This document shows, one piece after another, positions 56,439 to 64,000 of a stretch of DNA of 64,000 bases. The first letter of the stretch is position 1. Each line of letters opens with the position of its first letter. This DNA is from Candidatus Melainabacteria bacterium (GTDB lineage: Bacteria; Cyanobacteriota; Vampirovibrionia; Obscuribacterales; Obscuribacteraceae), in contig CAWKBA010000008.1 in the NCBI GenBank assembly GCA_963847765.1, positions 10,643-74,642 on the forward strand, written 5' to 3'. The notes beneath the pieces were generated by a model. It was not told the origin of the DNA, ran no database searches, and saw only the letters and a program-made list of their open reading frames with translations. Position numbers and translations under genes: made by a program.

Positions 56439-58025
56439 ATGCCGGATCAAGAAAAATTGAGTGAGAATATAATTGCCCTGCTTTCTCAAATCGAACTGCC
56501 TGCAGTCAGTAAGACTGTTTGCACGCTGGCACGAGAAGTAAGCGGCTCTTCCTTTGCCGCTCTGCTTTTCTGGGATGCTGATCTGGAAGCTTTGACTAAT
56601 AGTTATCTTGACGGCGAAAAAACAGTTGCGGCAGAAAAATTTATTGAAGCTTTTGCTGATCAGTTTATCAGTAAAGAAAGCACATTCTATCAAATTGACA
56701 ATCAAGCTTTAAGCGAATCTGTGCCGGAAATATTGAGCCCGCTTTTTTGTTTAGAAATTTCTGACCATGATCAATTACGCGCTTGCTTGCTGATACCCAA
56801 CCGGCACAACAGAAATCCAGAAGACATTTTGTCTGCGTTGCAAAATTATCCTTTCTCTTTAATTATAAGCCGAGCCTGGGATTTTAGAGAATTGCGATTA
56901 GAAAATGAACGCTTGCGCAGCAATTATGAAGAGATGGAAGAACAAACAAGCATGCTTGAAGAGCAAACACGCAAGCTTATTCAAGATCTGACCATGAAAG
57001 ATACTATCAGAACCAAGCATGTAGAGCGGGAACGTCTTATCTATTCAATCAGCAGCGTGGTGCGCAGCTATATGGACATACAAAAAGTGCTGGAGACTAC
57101 TGTTGATCGCATTGGCAATGCTTTTGCAGTCAGTCGCTGTTTGCTTATTCGCACCGCTGATCATGCCACAGACGGGCAAGAACCCTTACAAGTATTTGAA
57201 TATGCAAAAGAGGCAACAAGCATAAAAGAATTATTTGCTTCGGCTGACGGCATTAATTTCGCTCACGCTGCTTTTGGCTTGGTGAGACCGCAAGATTTGA
57301 CGGAACCTTTTGTTGATATCAATCACAGTCTTAATCGTGATTTTATTGCTAAGCTTGGCTTTCGCTCCGGTCTTATTGTGCCTTTGCTGCTTAGAGAACA
57401 TTCTCTGGGTGTGCTCTTTTTGCATGATTGTTTTACACCGCGTTTCTGGAGCATTGATGATGTCTCATTGATCAATTCATTAGCTGATCAAATTTCGGTA
57501 GCCATTGAAAATGCGGAATTGCATCAAGAGCAAGAAAGGCAGGCTGTTACTGATGGTCTGACCGGCATTGCCAACCGCCGCAGTTTTAACAAGACACTTG
57601 CCCGTGAATTTGAACGAGCCAAGCGTTATCAGCAACCGCTGTCTCTGGTTTTGCTTGACCTGGATTATTTGAAAGTAATTAATGATAATTTTGGCCATCA
57701 AGTCGGTGATGAGGCCATTAAAGCTGTGGGGCAAGTTCTCAAACAATCATCACGATCAATTGACCTTGCTGCTCGTTATGGTGGAGAAGAATTTTGTTTA
57801 TTATTGCCCAATACCAAATTAGCTATGACTGAACAATTAGCAGAAAGGCTGAGGCGTAAGATTAATGACTTTCACCTGGAAGGGCCAGGACATATTTCCG
57901 TCAGTGTTGGCATTGCCAGCTATCCTCTTCATGCCGACGACAGTGATACGCTCTTTCGCAAAGCCGATGAAGCCCTTTACGAGGCTAAGCAGTCCGGACG
58001 GAATCTGGTTAAGGTCTGTTCTTAG
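56439..58025 (+). CDS. GAF-domain diguanylate cyclase (GGDEF, active-site GGEEF)
   Basis: A coiled coil and GAF-like region are followed by DGLTGIANRR...RYGGEEFCLLLP. Confidence 0.85.
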   Translation: MPDQEKLSENIIALLSQIELPAVSKTVCTLAREVSGSSFAALLFWDADLEALTNSYLDGEKTVAAEKFIEAFADQFISKESTFYQIDNQALSESVPEILSPLFCLEISDHDQLRACLLIPNRHNRNPEDILSALQNYPFSLIISRAWDFRELRLENERLRSNYEEMEEQTSMLEEQTRKLIQDLTMKDTIRTKHVERERLIYSISSVVRSYMDIQKVLETTVDRIGNAFAVSRCLLIRTADHATDGQEPLQVFEYAKEATSIKELFASADGINFAHAAFGLVRPQDLTEPFVDINHSLNRDFIAKLGFRSGLIVPLLLREHSLGVLFLHDCFTPRFWSIDDVSLINSLADQISVAIENAELHQEQERQAVTDGLTGIANRRSFNKTLAREFERAKRYQQPLSLVLLDLDYLKVINDNFGHQVGDEAIKAVGQVLKQSSRSIDLAARYGGEEFCLLLPNTKLAMTEQLAERLRRKINDFHLEGPGHISVSVGIASYPLHADDSDTLFRKADEALYEAKQSGRNLVKVCS

Positions 58026-58067
58026 CCCTGCGGATTTATTAAGTCCTGCCTCGCTACATATGTTTTG

Positions 58068-58131
58068 GTTTCAGTGGCACCCCTTCGGCATAACTCATAT
58101 GCCTCACGGCCACTGTGTTCCTCGCTGCGAC
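58068..58131 (-). repeat. 64-nt intergenic hairpin repeat, copy 2 (inverted relative to copy 1)
   Basis: gtttcagtggcaccccttcggcataactcatatgcctcacggccactgtgttcctcgctgcgac. The central 21 nt are identical to copy 1. Confidence 0.75.
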
Positions 58132-58484
58132 GGACGAACGAACGAGTCAGCTAAGATGCACTTAAGAAAAATACCTCGCGCTAGCTATGAAGCGGATTTA
58201 ATGCTGCCAAGAGCATGGAAGTTTTTCTCATCTGGCTGCTGTCCTGCTGCTGAAAAAGTTGGTTGTCAACCATCCATTAGTCCTTTTGGGCTGACGGATT
58301 GATTGCACGGCTTGGAAGATATCAATATTGACTTTGCTAAGGCTAATTTGCAAGGGTGAGGGCATTCTCGTTTTAATTTCAATGGATTGGAATCGTATAC
58401 CCGCTAAGGAAAGCAAGCATTAAGCAAACTGACGACCCGTGTTAACGGGCAGTCGGTTTGTGGATAGCGAAGACATGCGTTTTG

Positions 58485-59534
58485 ATGTCGGAGCAACCAC
58501 CCTACCAGGAGTTTGCCATGCTGTCAGGATTCAATTCCTTCGTGAGGCAATGCGTGCGTCCAGAGTTCAGTCTCCCGTTCGATTTCGCGTATCAAATGGT
58601 GGATTATGGTAGTCAACTCTTCCATCGGAAAAGGATCGGGCAGAGTCGGGATGCCATCGAGTATTTCCAAAACACGGACATCACAGAACTTGTCCATATT
58701 GGTCCGGAACCTTCAGACCAAGATGATGACATCATTGCAGGCCTGATCGCTAGTTCCCGCCTGTGGGATCCGGAGGAACCCGACCTCCGTGCAGACCGAC
58801 GCGGATTGTCTCAGTTCGGGTTATTGGACACAACAATATTCTCCGGGGCCTTCCGGATGTTCCCCTACGGGGACTCCGTGGTGACTCGATTACTGAAGCT
58901 GCTCATAGCAAATGCCCCCACCGCCAACGGCGCTCAGGCGTACCTCCGCCTGCAGCAACTGGAGGAGGAGGTCCACACACTGTTCTTGGGGCGATATTCG
59001 CGGGAAGTGTTTCGCATCCAAGGCGATCAACGCCAACTGGAAGAGTTGTTTCGGAAGCGAACGCTTCCCTCGTTCATCTCCTCCTTTGATGAATTGGAGA
59101 AGATCCTGGGCCGACTGGAGCATTGCAGTACACCCGAATCGTTGCTCCAATCGTTAGTGAATGCGATAGCCGCCTACCACTTGATCGCTGAAGGCTTCCT
59201 TGCGAAGCACGGCGCGCTGGTGCTGCGGCACATTCTAAAGCGTTACCCAGGTCTCCTTCCCGGATTCAAAGACGGCTTCGGCCGCGTTCAAGGCGACGAA
59301 GTCCACCACGTCACCGCTGGCGTGGAGATTCTGCGCCAGTTGGTCAGGGAGCACCCGGAGCTGGCGCGCGGCCTCCTGGACACGGTAGCTAGGATGGCAC
59401 CATCGGTCATGGGGACAGATCTTCCGTGGCTGCCAAAATTCTCTAAGTTAGTGCGGGATCTTCTCCGCGCGCTGGAAAATATCGGCATCACGCCGGCAGC
59501 GCGCGCCAAGATAAAGGACCTCTACGCCGCGTAA
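58485..59534 (+). CDS. Ferritin-like diiron-carboxylate protein (R2/AurF-like fold suspected) in a GC-rich island
   Basis: There are two ExxH motifs (LEEEVHTLF and GDEVHHVT) and an intervening conserved Glu (IAEGFL). Composition is much more GC-rich than the flanks. Confidence 0.5.
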   Translation: MSEQPPYQEFAMLSGFNSFVRQCVRPEFSLPFDFAYQMVDYGSQLFHRKRIGQSRDAIEYFQNTDITELVHIGPEPSDQDDDIIAGLIASSRLWDPEEPDLRADRRGLSQFGLLDTTIFSGAFRMFPYGDSVVTRLLKLLIANAPTANGAQAYLRLQQLEEEVHTLFLGRYSREVFRIQGDQRQLEELFRKRTLPSFISSFDELEKILGRLEHCSTPESLLQSLVNAIAAYHLIAEGFLAKHGALVLRHILKRYPGLLPGFKDGFGRVQGDEVHHVTAGVEILRQLVREHPELARGLLDTVARMAPSVMGTDLPWLPKFSKLVRDLLRALENIGITPAARAKIKDLYAA

Positions 59535-59572
59535 AGTCCCAGTGCGCGGATGTCCAACCCACACGACGACCT

Positions 59573-59625
59573 CAGGAGGCGATTACCACGTCGCCCTCTG
59601 GGGTCATTTTTTCTTTTTGTGGTTA
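59573..59625 (+). terminator. Possible intrinsic terminator after the GC-rich gene
   Basis: An imperfect stem (gaggcga...gtcgccctc) is followed by tcattttttcttttt. Confidence 0.35.
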
Positions 59626-59767
59626 TTTCACAGTGGACAGAGTCGCGGGTGGAGCACAGCAGTTATTTTATAAGGAGGAGCTGACCGTTGTTGAATTATC
59701 AGTTTTTGTACTTGTGAGAGCGTAGTATCATGACATAATGTCTATGCGTAAAATCTGGAGTATTAAC

Positions 59768-60076
59768 ATGGGACTTATTGATGATTTAGTACAAGGTATC
59801 AGCAAAGGGGTTAGTGAAATACAAGCCCGTTCGCAACAAATGATTGCCATCTACAATCTTAATCAAGAGATTAGAGAATTAGAGCAGCAAAAAATAGCTA
59901 AATTAGCCAACATTGGACGCCTGATGTACGACCAGTACGAACAACAAATAACGGCCAATGAAGAATCACTGCAGCAACTGTGCAAAGAAATAACCGCCCT
60001 GGGAAAAGACATTTCTCAATTGCAAACAAAAGTGGACAACCTTAAAGCACAAAGCAATTCTAATACTTCTGCTTGA
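59768..60076 (+). CDS. Small coiled-coil protein, unknown function
   Basis: MGLIDDLVQGISKG... has heptad-rich sequence, and GGAG lies 7 nt upstream of the ATG. Confidence 0.4.
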   Translation: MGLIDDLVQGISKGVSEIQARSQQMIAIYNLNQEIRELEQQKIAKLANIGRLMYDQYEQQITANEESLQQLCKEITALGKDISQLQTKVDNLKAQSNSNTSA

Positions 60077-60114
60077 CATTGAACCGCCATTGAATTACAC
60101 GATATAACAAGCTG

Positions 60115-61788
60115 ATGTCCAATTTAAAGAATAAACTTCTACCAGTCATACCTGTGATCATTGCCCTGATTGGCTGGCAATTTTATGTGCAGGCAACACA
60201 TAATGAATTATTACCCGGACCACTTTCATCTTTGAAAGCATTGATTGATCTGGCCACAAGCCATGTATTAATAATAGATTGTCTGTCCAGCCTTAAACGA
60301 GTATTCATTGGCTTTTGCTTTGCTGCTGTTACCGGCATTGTCCTTGGCCTGGCAATGGGATTGATTGCCCGTTTACGCATGGCTTTTGTTCCTATTATTG
60401 AATTGCTGCGACCAATCCCTCCTCTAGCCTGGATTCCTATAGCCATCACCCTTTTCGGTATCGGCGATCTATCATCATCGTTCGTCATTTTCATCGGTGC
60501 TTTCTATCCCATTTTTACCAATACATTGCTTGGTGTACGAGAAGTACCTATTACCTACATAGATGCAGCCAAAATGTTGGGGGCATCCAATTGGAGAATC
60601 TACCGACAGGTTATTTTGCCCAGTGCTTTGCCCAGTATATTTGCCGGATTAAGAATTGGTCTTGGTACTGCCTGGGCCTGTGTTGTCGCTGCCGAGATGA
60701 TTGCTGCCCGCAGTGGTCTGGGTTATGAAATCCAGCTTAACCGGCAATTATTACAACTAGACCGTGTAGTCGCCGGCATGGCTGTCATTGGCTTGATTGG
60801 TGTGACTATGAATACGCTAATGCACTGGCTGGAATTATATTGCCTGCCCTGGGAAAAAATATCGGGTGCGGGTTCCGGGCTCAGTGAACCTCGCCCCTAC
60901 ACAAGCCTCGCCCCTACTAGCCCGTCCCTCCCAGATCGCCCATCCGAGCTCATAAATCTCGCCTCGACAAATGTCGTGCCAACAAAATTACTTGGCGCGG
61001 CTGTACAGCTTGATAAAGTTGCCTTCAGTTATGGATCCACTAACATAATTGACGACATATCTCTGTCCATAAAGCCCAGCGAGTTCTTTTGTCTGCTTGG
61101 TTCCAGTGGTTGCGGTAAGACTTCGTTATTGCGCCTGATTGCCGGTCTTAATCAACCAACAGCAGGTAAAGTCACCATAAATGGTGGCATGATTGTCAAT
61201 CATAGATCTGAAATCACCATGGTTTTTCAAGCAGGGGCCTTATTTCCCTGGTTAACAGCCCTGGAAAACATTGCTTTCTCTCTGCAATCCAGAGGCTTGT
61301 CAAAAACAAAAGCCCTTGTTGAAGCCAAATCAATTCTGGCCATTGTTAGTCTGACCCATCTTGCTGCTCATTATCCCAACCAATTATCCGGCGGACAACA
61401 GCAAAGAATTGCCCTGGCTAGAGCACTTGCTTATCAACCACATTTGATTTTGTTGGATGAACCGTTTGCTGCTCTCGATAGTCAAACGCGCGAACTGCTT
61501 CAAGAAGATATTTCTTTACTTTTAGCGAACATGGGTGTTACCGTAATCCTTGTCACACACGACATCCGCGAAGCTGTGTTTATGGCCGATCGTGTCGCGG
61601 TTATGTCGCGCGGGCGTATAGTCAATGAACTTACCATTGATCTTGCTCGCCCTAGAGAAGATTCTTGCCGTTATAGTCAGCAGTTCAGTAAGGCACGAGC
61701 AACACTCTGGGACACCATGCATGGTAAGAACAGCAGTATAACAACTGCGCAGAATAGTATGAATCAATTGGAAATCTCACAATGCTAA
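60115..61788 (+). CDS. Fused ABC transporter permease-ATPase (nitrate/sulfonate/taurine NitT/TauT type)
   Basis: The permease has the EAA-like region DAAKMLGASNWRIYRQVILPSALP. The ATPase has GSSGCGKTS, LSGGQQQRIALARAL and ILLDEPFAALD. The two are joined by a linker of about 45 aa. Confidence 0.85.
   Translation: MSNLKNKLLPVIPVIIALIGWQFYVQATHNELLPGPLSSLKALIDLATSHVLIIDCLSSLKRVFIGFCFAAVTGIVLGLAMGLIARLRMAFVPIIELLRPIPPLAWIPIAITLFGIGDLSSSFVIFIGAFYPIFTNTLLGVREVPITYIDAAKMLGASNWRIYRQVILPSALPSIFAGLRIGLGTAWACVVAAEMIAARSGLGYEIQLNRQLLQLDRVVAGMAVIGLIGVTMNTLMHWLELYCLPWEKISGAGSGLSEPRPYTSLAPTSPSLPDRPSELINLASTNVVPTKLLGAAVQLDKVAFSYGSTNIIDDISLSIKPSEFFCLLGSSGCGKTSLLRLIAGLNQPTAGKVTINGGMIVNHRSEITMVFQAGALFPWLTALENIAFSLQSRGLSKTKALVEAKSILAIVSLTHLAAHYPNQLSGGQQQRIALARALAYQPHLILLDEPFAALDSQTRELLQEDISLLLANMGVTVILVTHDIREAVFMADRVAVMSRGRIVNELTIDLARPREDSCRYSQQFSKARATLWDTMHGKNSSITTAQNSMNQLEISQC
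60875..60900 (-). repeat. GTAGGGGC-family element in the ABC fusion linker
   Basis: ccgggctcagtgaacctcgcccctac is translated as GLSEPRPY. Confidence 0.65.
60906..60917 (-). repeat. Partial GTAGGGGC element in the ABC fusion linker
   Basis: cctcgcccctac is a second exact 8-mer, 17 nt after the first. Confidence 0.55.
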
Positions 61789-62819
61789 ATGTTTCTACGC
61801 CGGTCAAACCTTTTTGCCTGGCAGTATTGCTTGCTATCCTCTGTTCTGGTTGCAGCCGACAATCAAACGATCATTTCATCATTGGCTGGCAAACTGCCTG
61901 GGCCCCGTCCGGACAAATTGCTGAAGCATTGATCCATACTAATATTGCTAAAAAAGAAAATCTCGATCTTGATTTCTTGGGCTTTGTATATGGCCCGGAA
62001 ATAAATGAGGCGGCACTCAATCACAGTATCAACTGCCTGAACACAGGCATTGTTCCGGCTATCAGTCTTTTGGCTCAAAGTCAAAATTGGCTGATTATTA
62101 GCAGGCTAATTAGACAACCATTAGCCATAGTGGCTGGAAGCAGCTCTGGGATAAATAAAATAGCAGATCTGAAAGGGAAATCTATCGGCTTACCTATTGG
62201 CGGTGGGCCACACCCGTATCTTCTTAATTTATTGAAAAAGTACAAACTCTGGGACGGGCATTCAGAACCATTAGTCAAGCTGATCAACATTTCTCCTAGC
62301 GAACAAGTTATGTCTTTGCAGCAAAAAGTTGTTGATGCCATTGCCACCTGGGAACCGCAAACAACTATTGCAATTCAAAAAACCGGCGGCAAAATAATTG
62401 ATGAAGAAAGAAGTCCTGGTGTCATTATTGTTGAAAAACAATTTGCTCAAGCACATCCAGATCTTGTTATAAGACTGTTGCAGGCATATATGTCGGCTGA
62501 ATTTTTTGTGGCCACACATAGACCCTTAGTCGATGAGTGGTTTGCCCAAGAATCTCGTTTCAGTCAAGATCTTCTTAACACGATGCATATTACAGAACCG
62601 AATATGACACAACTTGATCCACATAAAATTGATTTGAACATTACCGCAGACGACCTAAAAGAAGCACAATCACTAGCCGATGTAATGTATCAAGCCCGGC
62701 TAATCAAGCAACCTATCAATCTTGCCGATCATATTGATCTTTCATATCTGAAGCAAGCAGCACAGCAATGGCAACATCTGGATCCGAGTGGCTTCAAAAT
62801 TGACACTGCACAACCTTAA
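61782..62819 (+). CDS. ABC transporter substrate-binding lipoprotein (NMT1/SsuA/TauA-like)
   Basis: It has a lipobox-like LCSGC and overlaps the upstream transporter gene by 7 nt. KGKSIGLPIGGGPH and ATWEPQ are typical of this binding-protein class. Confidence 0.7.
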   Translation: MLNVSTPVKPFCLAVLLAILCSGCSRQSNDHFIIGWQTAWAPSGQIAEALIHTNIAKKENLDLDFLGFVYGPEINEAALNHSINCLNTGIVPAISLLAQSQNWLIISRLIRQPLAIVAGSSSGINKIADLKGKSIGLPIGGGPHPYLLNLLKKYKLWDGHSEPLVKLINISPSEQVMSLQQKVVDAIATWEPQTTIAIQKTGGKIIDEERSPGVIIVEKQFAQAHPDLVIRLLQAYMSAEFFVATHRPLVDEWFAQESRFSQDLLNTMHITEPNMTQLDPHKIDLNITADDLKEAQSLADVMYQARLIKQPINLADHIDLSYLKQAAQQWQHLDPSGFKIDTAQP

Positions 62820-63190
62820 TTGACCGCCCGCGACTTATCAGCCTCAATAACGGCTGTCGCTCTACAATAAAGATATTCAATCATGTCTCCAAAAGAAATT
62901 CCTAATTCTTTTGCCTTTTTGCCAATTTGTTCCTTGACTTTGGGTTTAACCTGTGCGTGCAATTCGACATAACCTTTGGCCGGCCGACCAGGTTTTTCAT
63001 AACCGATAAGTTTCCCTTCCAGATAGTCAATATAATACCCACTAAGAATCTCATGAAATATCTTCCATGCTTCCTTTTCCGACTTAGCAACACCTAGGCA
63101 ACGTTCAAATAACGGCGATTGCACAATATAACAACCCTGGCGCTTGTCGTACCGAGAAAAAGCTGTTTTAGCTATGGCGTTTTTATTCAT
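62816..63190 (-). CDS. HicB-like antitoxin (HicB fold plus probable C-terminal DNA-binding segment)
   Basis: 124 aa. GCYIVQSPLFERCLGVAKSEKEAWKIFHEIL fits the HicB N-domain pattern. It overlaps the upstream small gene by 8 nt. Confidence 0.5.
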   Translation of the reverse strand: MNKNAIAKTAFSRYDKRQGCYIVQSPLFERCLGVAKSEKEAWKIFHEILSGYYIDYLEGKLIGYEKPGRPAKGYVELHAQVKPKVKEQIGKKAKELGISFGDMIEYLYCRATAVIEADKSRAVN

Positions 63191-63407
63191 TTATTTCTTC
63201 CCTATGTCTTTTTATTGCCTTCACGACTAGATTTACATAAGAATCCCATACTCCTCCGCCTTTGGTTCGCCTACCATGCGAGACGGCAAATCTCGCTAAA
63301 ACATAACCACTATTGGTCTTAACCTTGTAATGATTATTTTGGGACATCTCTATAAAGTATCCTGCTTTCTCGATTTTTCTTTTAAACTTACGAAAATCTT
63401 CCGGCAT
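63183..63407 (-). CDS. HicA-like mRNA interferase toxin
   Basis: 74 aa. FKRKIEKAGYFIEMSQNNHYKV is a HicA-like pattern, and the gene precedes the HicB-like gene. Confidence 0.45.
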   Translation of the reverse strand: MPEDFRKFKRKIEKAGYFIEMSQNNHYKVKTNSGYVLARFAVSHGRRTKGGGVWDSYVNLVVKAIKRHREEINE

Positions 63408-63534
63408 TACGTCTTCTTAATTCTACCAGTTTATTATATATTCTGTCAAGGTTATTGCTTTTCATTGTCGGTTTCTTAAACTGACAATCAGACCATAGCA
63501 AAGATTCGTGGCAGGGCTGTGGCATAATCTTAGA

Positions 63535-64000
63535 ATGCCAGACCAATCGGAATTAGATGAACATATTTCTGTCGTGCCGTACGATCCGCATTGGGCTGCC
63601 TTGTTTGAGCAGGAAGCCAAACAATTACACAGACTGTTAGGTGCAAAAGCGTATCAAATTCAACATATCGGCAGCACGGCTGTGCCAAGCATGCTCGCTA
63701 AACCAATCATCGATATCCTGATCGGTTTACCACAACAGGAGTTGATCGATGACATAGTTCTCGCCATCACTCCATTCGGCTTTGAAGATATGGGGGAAGC
63801 CGGTATCAAAGGTCGTCGGCATTTGCGCAAACGTAATCCCGTCGCCATTAACCTACACTTAGTGCTGGCAGATAGCGATCTCTGGCGCAACAATCTTGTT
63901 CTTCGCGATTACCTACGCACACATCCAAACGAGGCAAAACGTTATGGTGAGCTTAAGCGCGAAATCATTAACAACGGTACAAACACACTGCTGGCATATT
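63535..64000 (+). CDS. GrpB-family protein (partial, runs off the window)
   Basis: My translation from the ATG at 63535 reads VVPYDPHWAALFEQEAKQL...IQHIGSTAVPSMLAKPIIDIL...NLHLV...LRDYLRTHPNEAKRYGELK, which is typical of GrpB. Confidence 0.75.
   Translation, partial: MPDQSELDEHISVVPYDPHWAALFEQEAKQLHRLLGAKAYQIQHIGSTAVPSMLAKPIIDILIGLPQQELIDDIVLAITPFGFEDMGEAGIKGRRHLRKRNPVAINLHLVLADSDLWRNNLVLRDYLRTHPNEAKRYGELKREIINNGTNTLLAY

Noticed and set aside
1-64000. I looked for rRNA, tRNA, transposase, integrase or phage genes that could explain the repeats and the GC island.
   Set aside because: I recognised none on either strand. Absence by eye is weak evidence for tRNA and small RNA, and needs tRNAscan or Infernal to confirm.

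Overview
Bacterial chromosomal window, AT-leaning by eye except for a few GC-rich patches, densely coding on both strands. I saw no rRNA, tRNA, CRISPR array, transposase or integrase, and I cannot assign a taxon. Housekeeping genes: dnaG-rpoD, murQ, trxA, tsaD, guaA, an Slt-type lytic transglycosylase, ridA, and a fused ABC transporter with its binding protein. The largest functional block is a Tad/Flp pilus region (about 29.2-45.5 kb). It holds tadV, DUF192, tadC, tadB, cpaF, cpaE/tadZ, cpaB, three Flp pilin genes and an embedded glycosyltransferase island. A separate pseudopilin module (TadE, TadE, TadG, TPR, GAF-GGDEF) lies at 53.1-58.0 kb. Main leads: (1) an FtsH-type protease with three complete tandem AAA+ modules, downstream of a trxA plus two membrane-anchored thioredoxin paralogs. 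(2) A dispersed GC-rich hairpin element with the invariant 8-mer GTAGGGGC, 12 exact hits, 8 of them read through in frame inside CDSs; one forms the linker of a permease-ATPase fusion, and the stems show compensatory changes. (3) Two about 95% identical Flp pilin genes as a 218-bp inverted repeat flanking a GT87-like gene, beside a GtrB-like GT2 and two more GT-C-like proteins, suggesting pilin variation and/or glycosylation. (4) A 1.2-kb GC-rich island encoding a ferritin-like diiron protein. (5) Two further intergenic repeat families. Caveat: at least ten genes, including essential tsaD and guaA, are split by single-base shifts that fall in homopolymer runs. This looks like a sequencing or assembly error signature, so most apparent pseudogenes here are probably intact in vivo.
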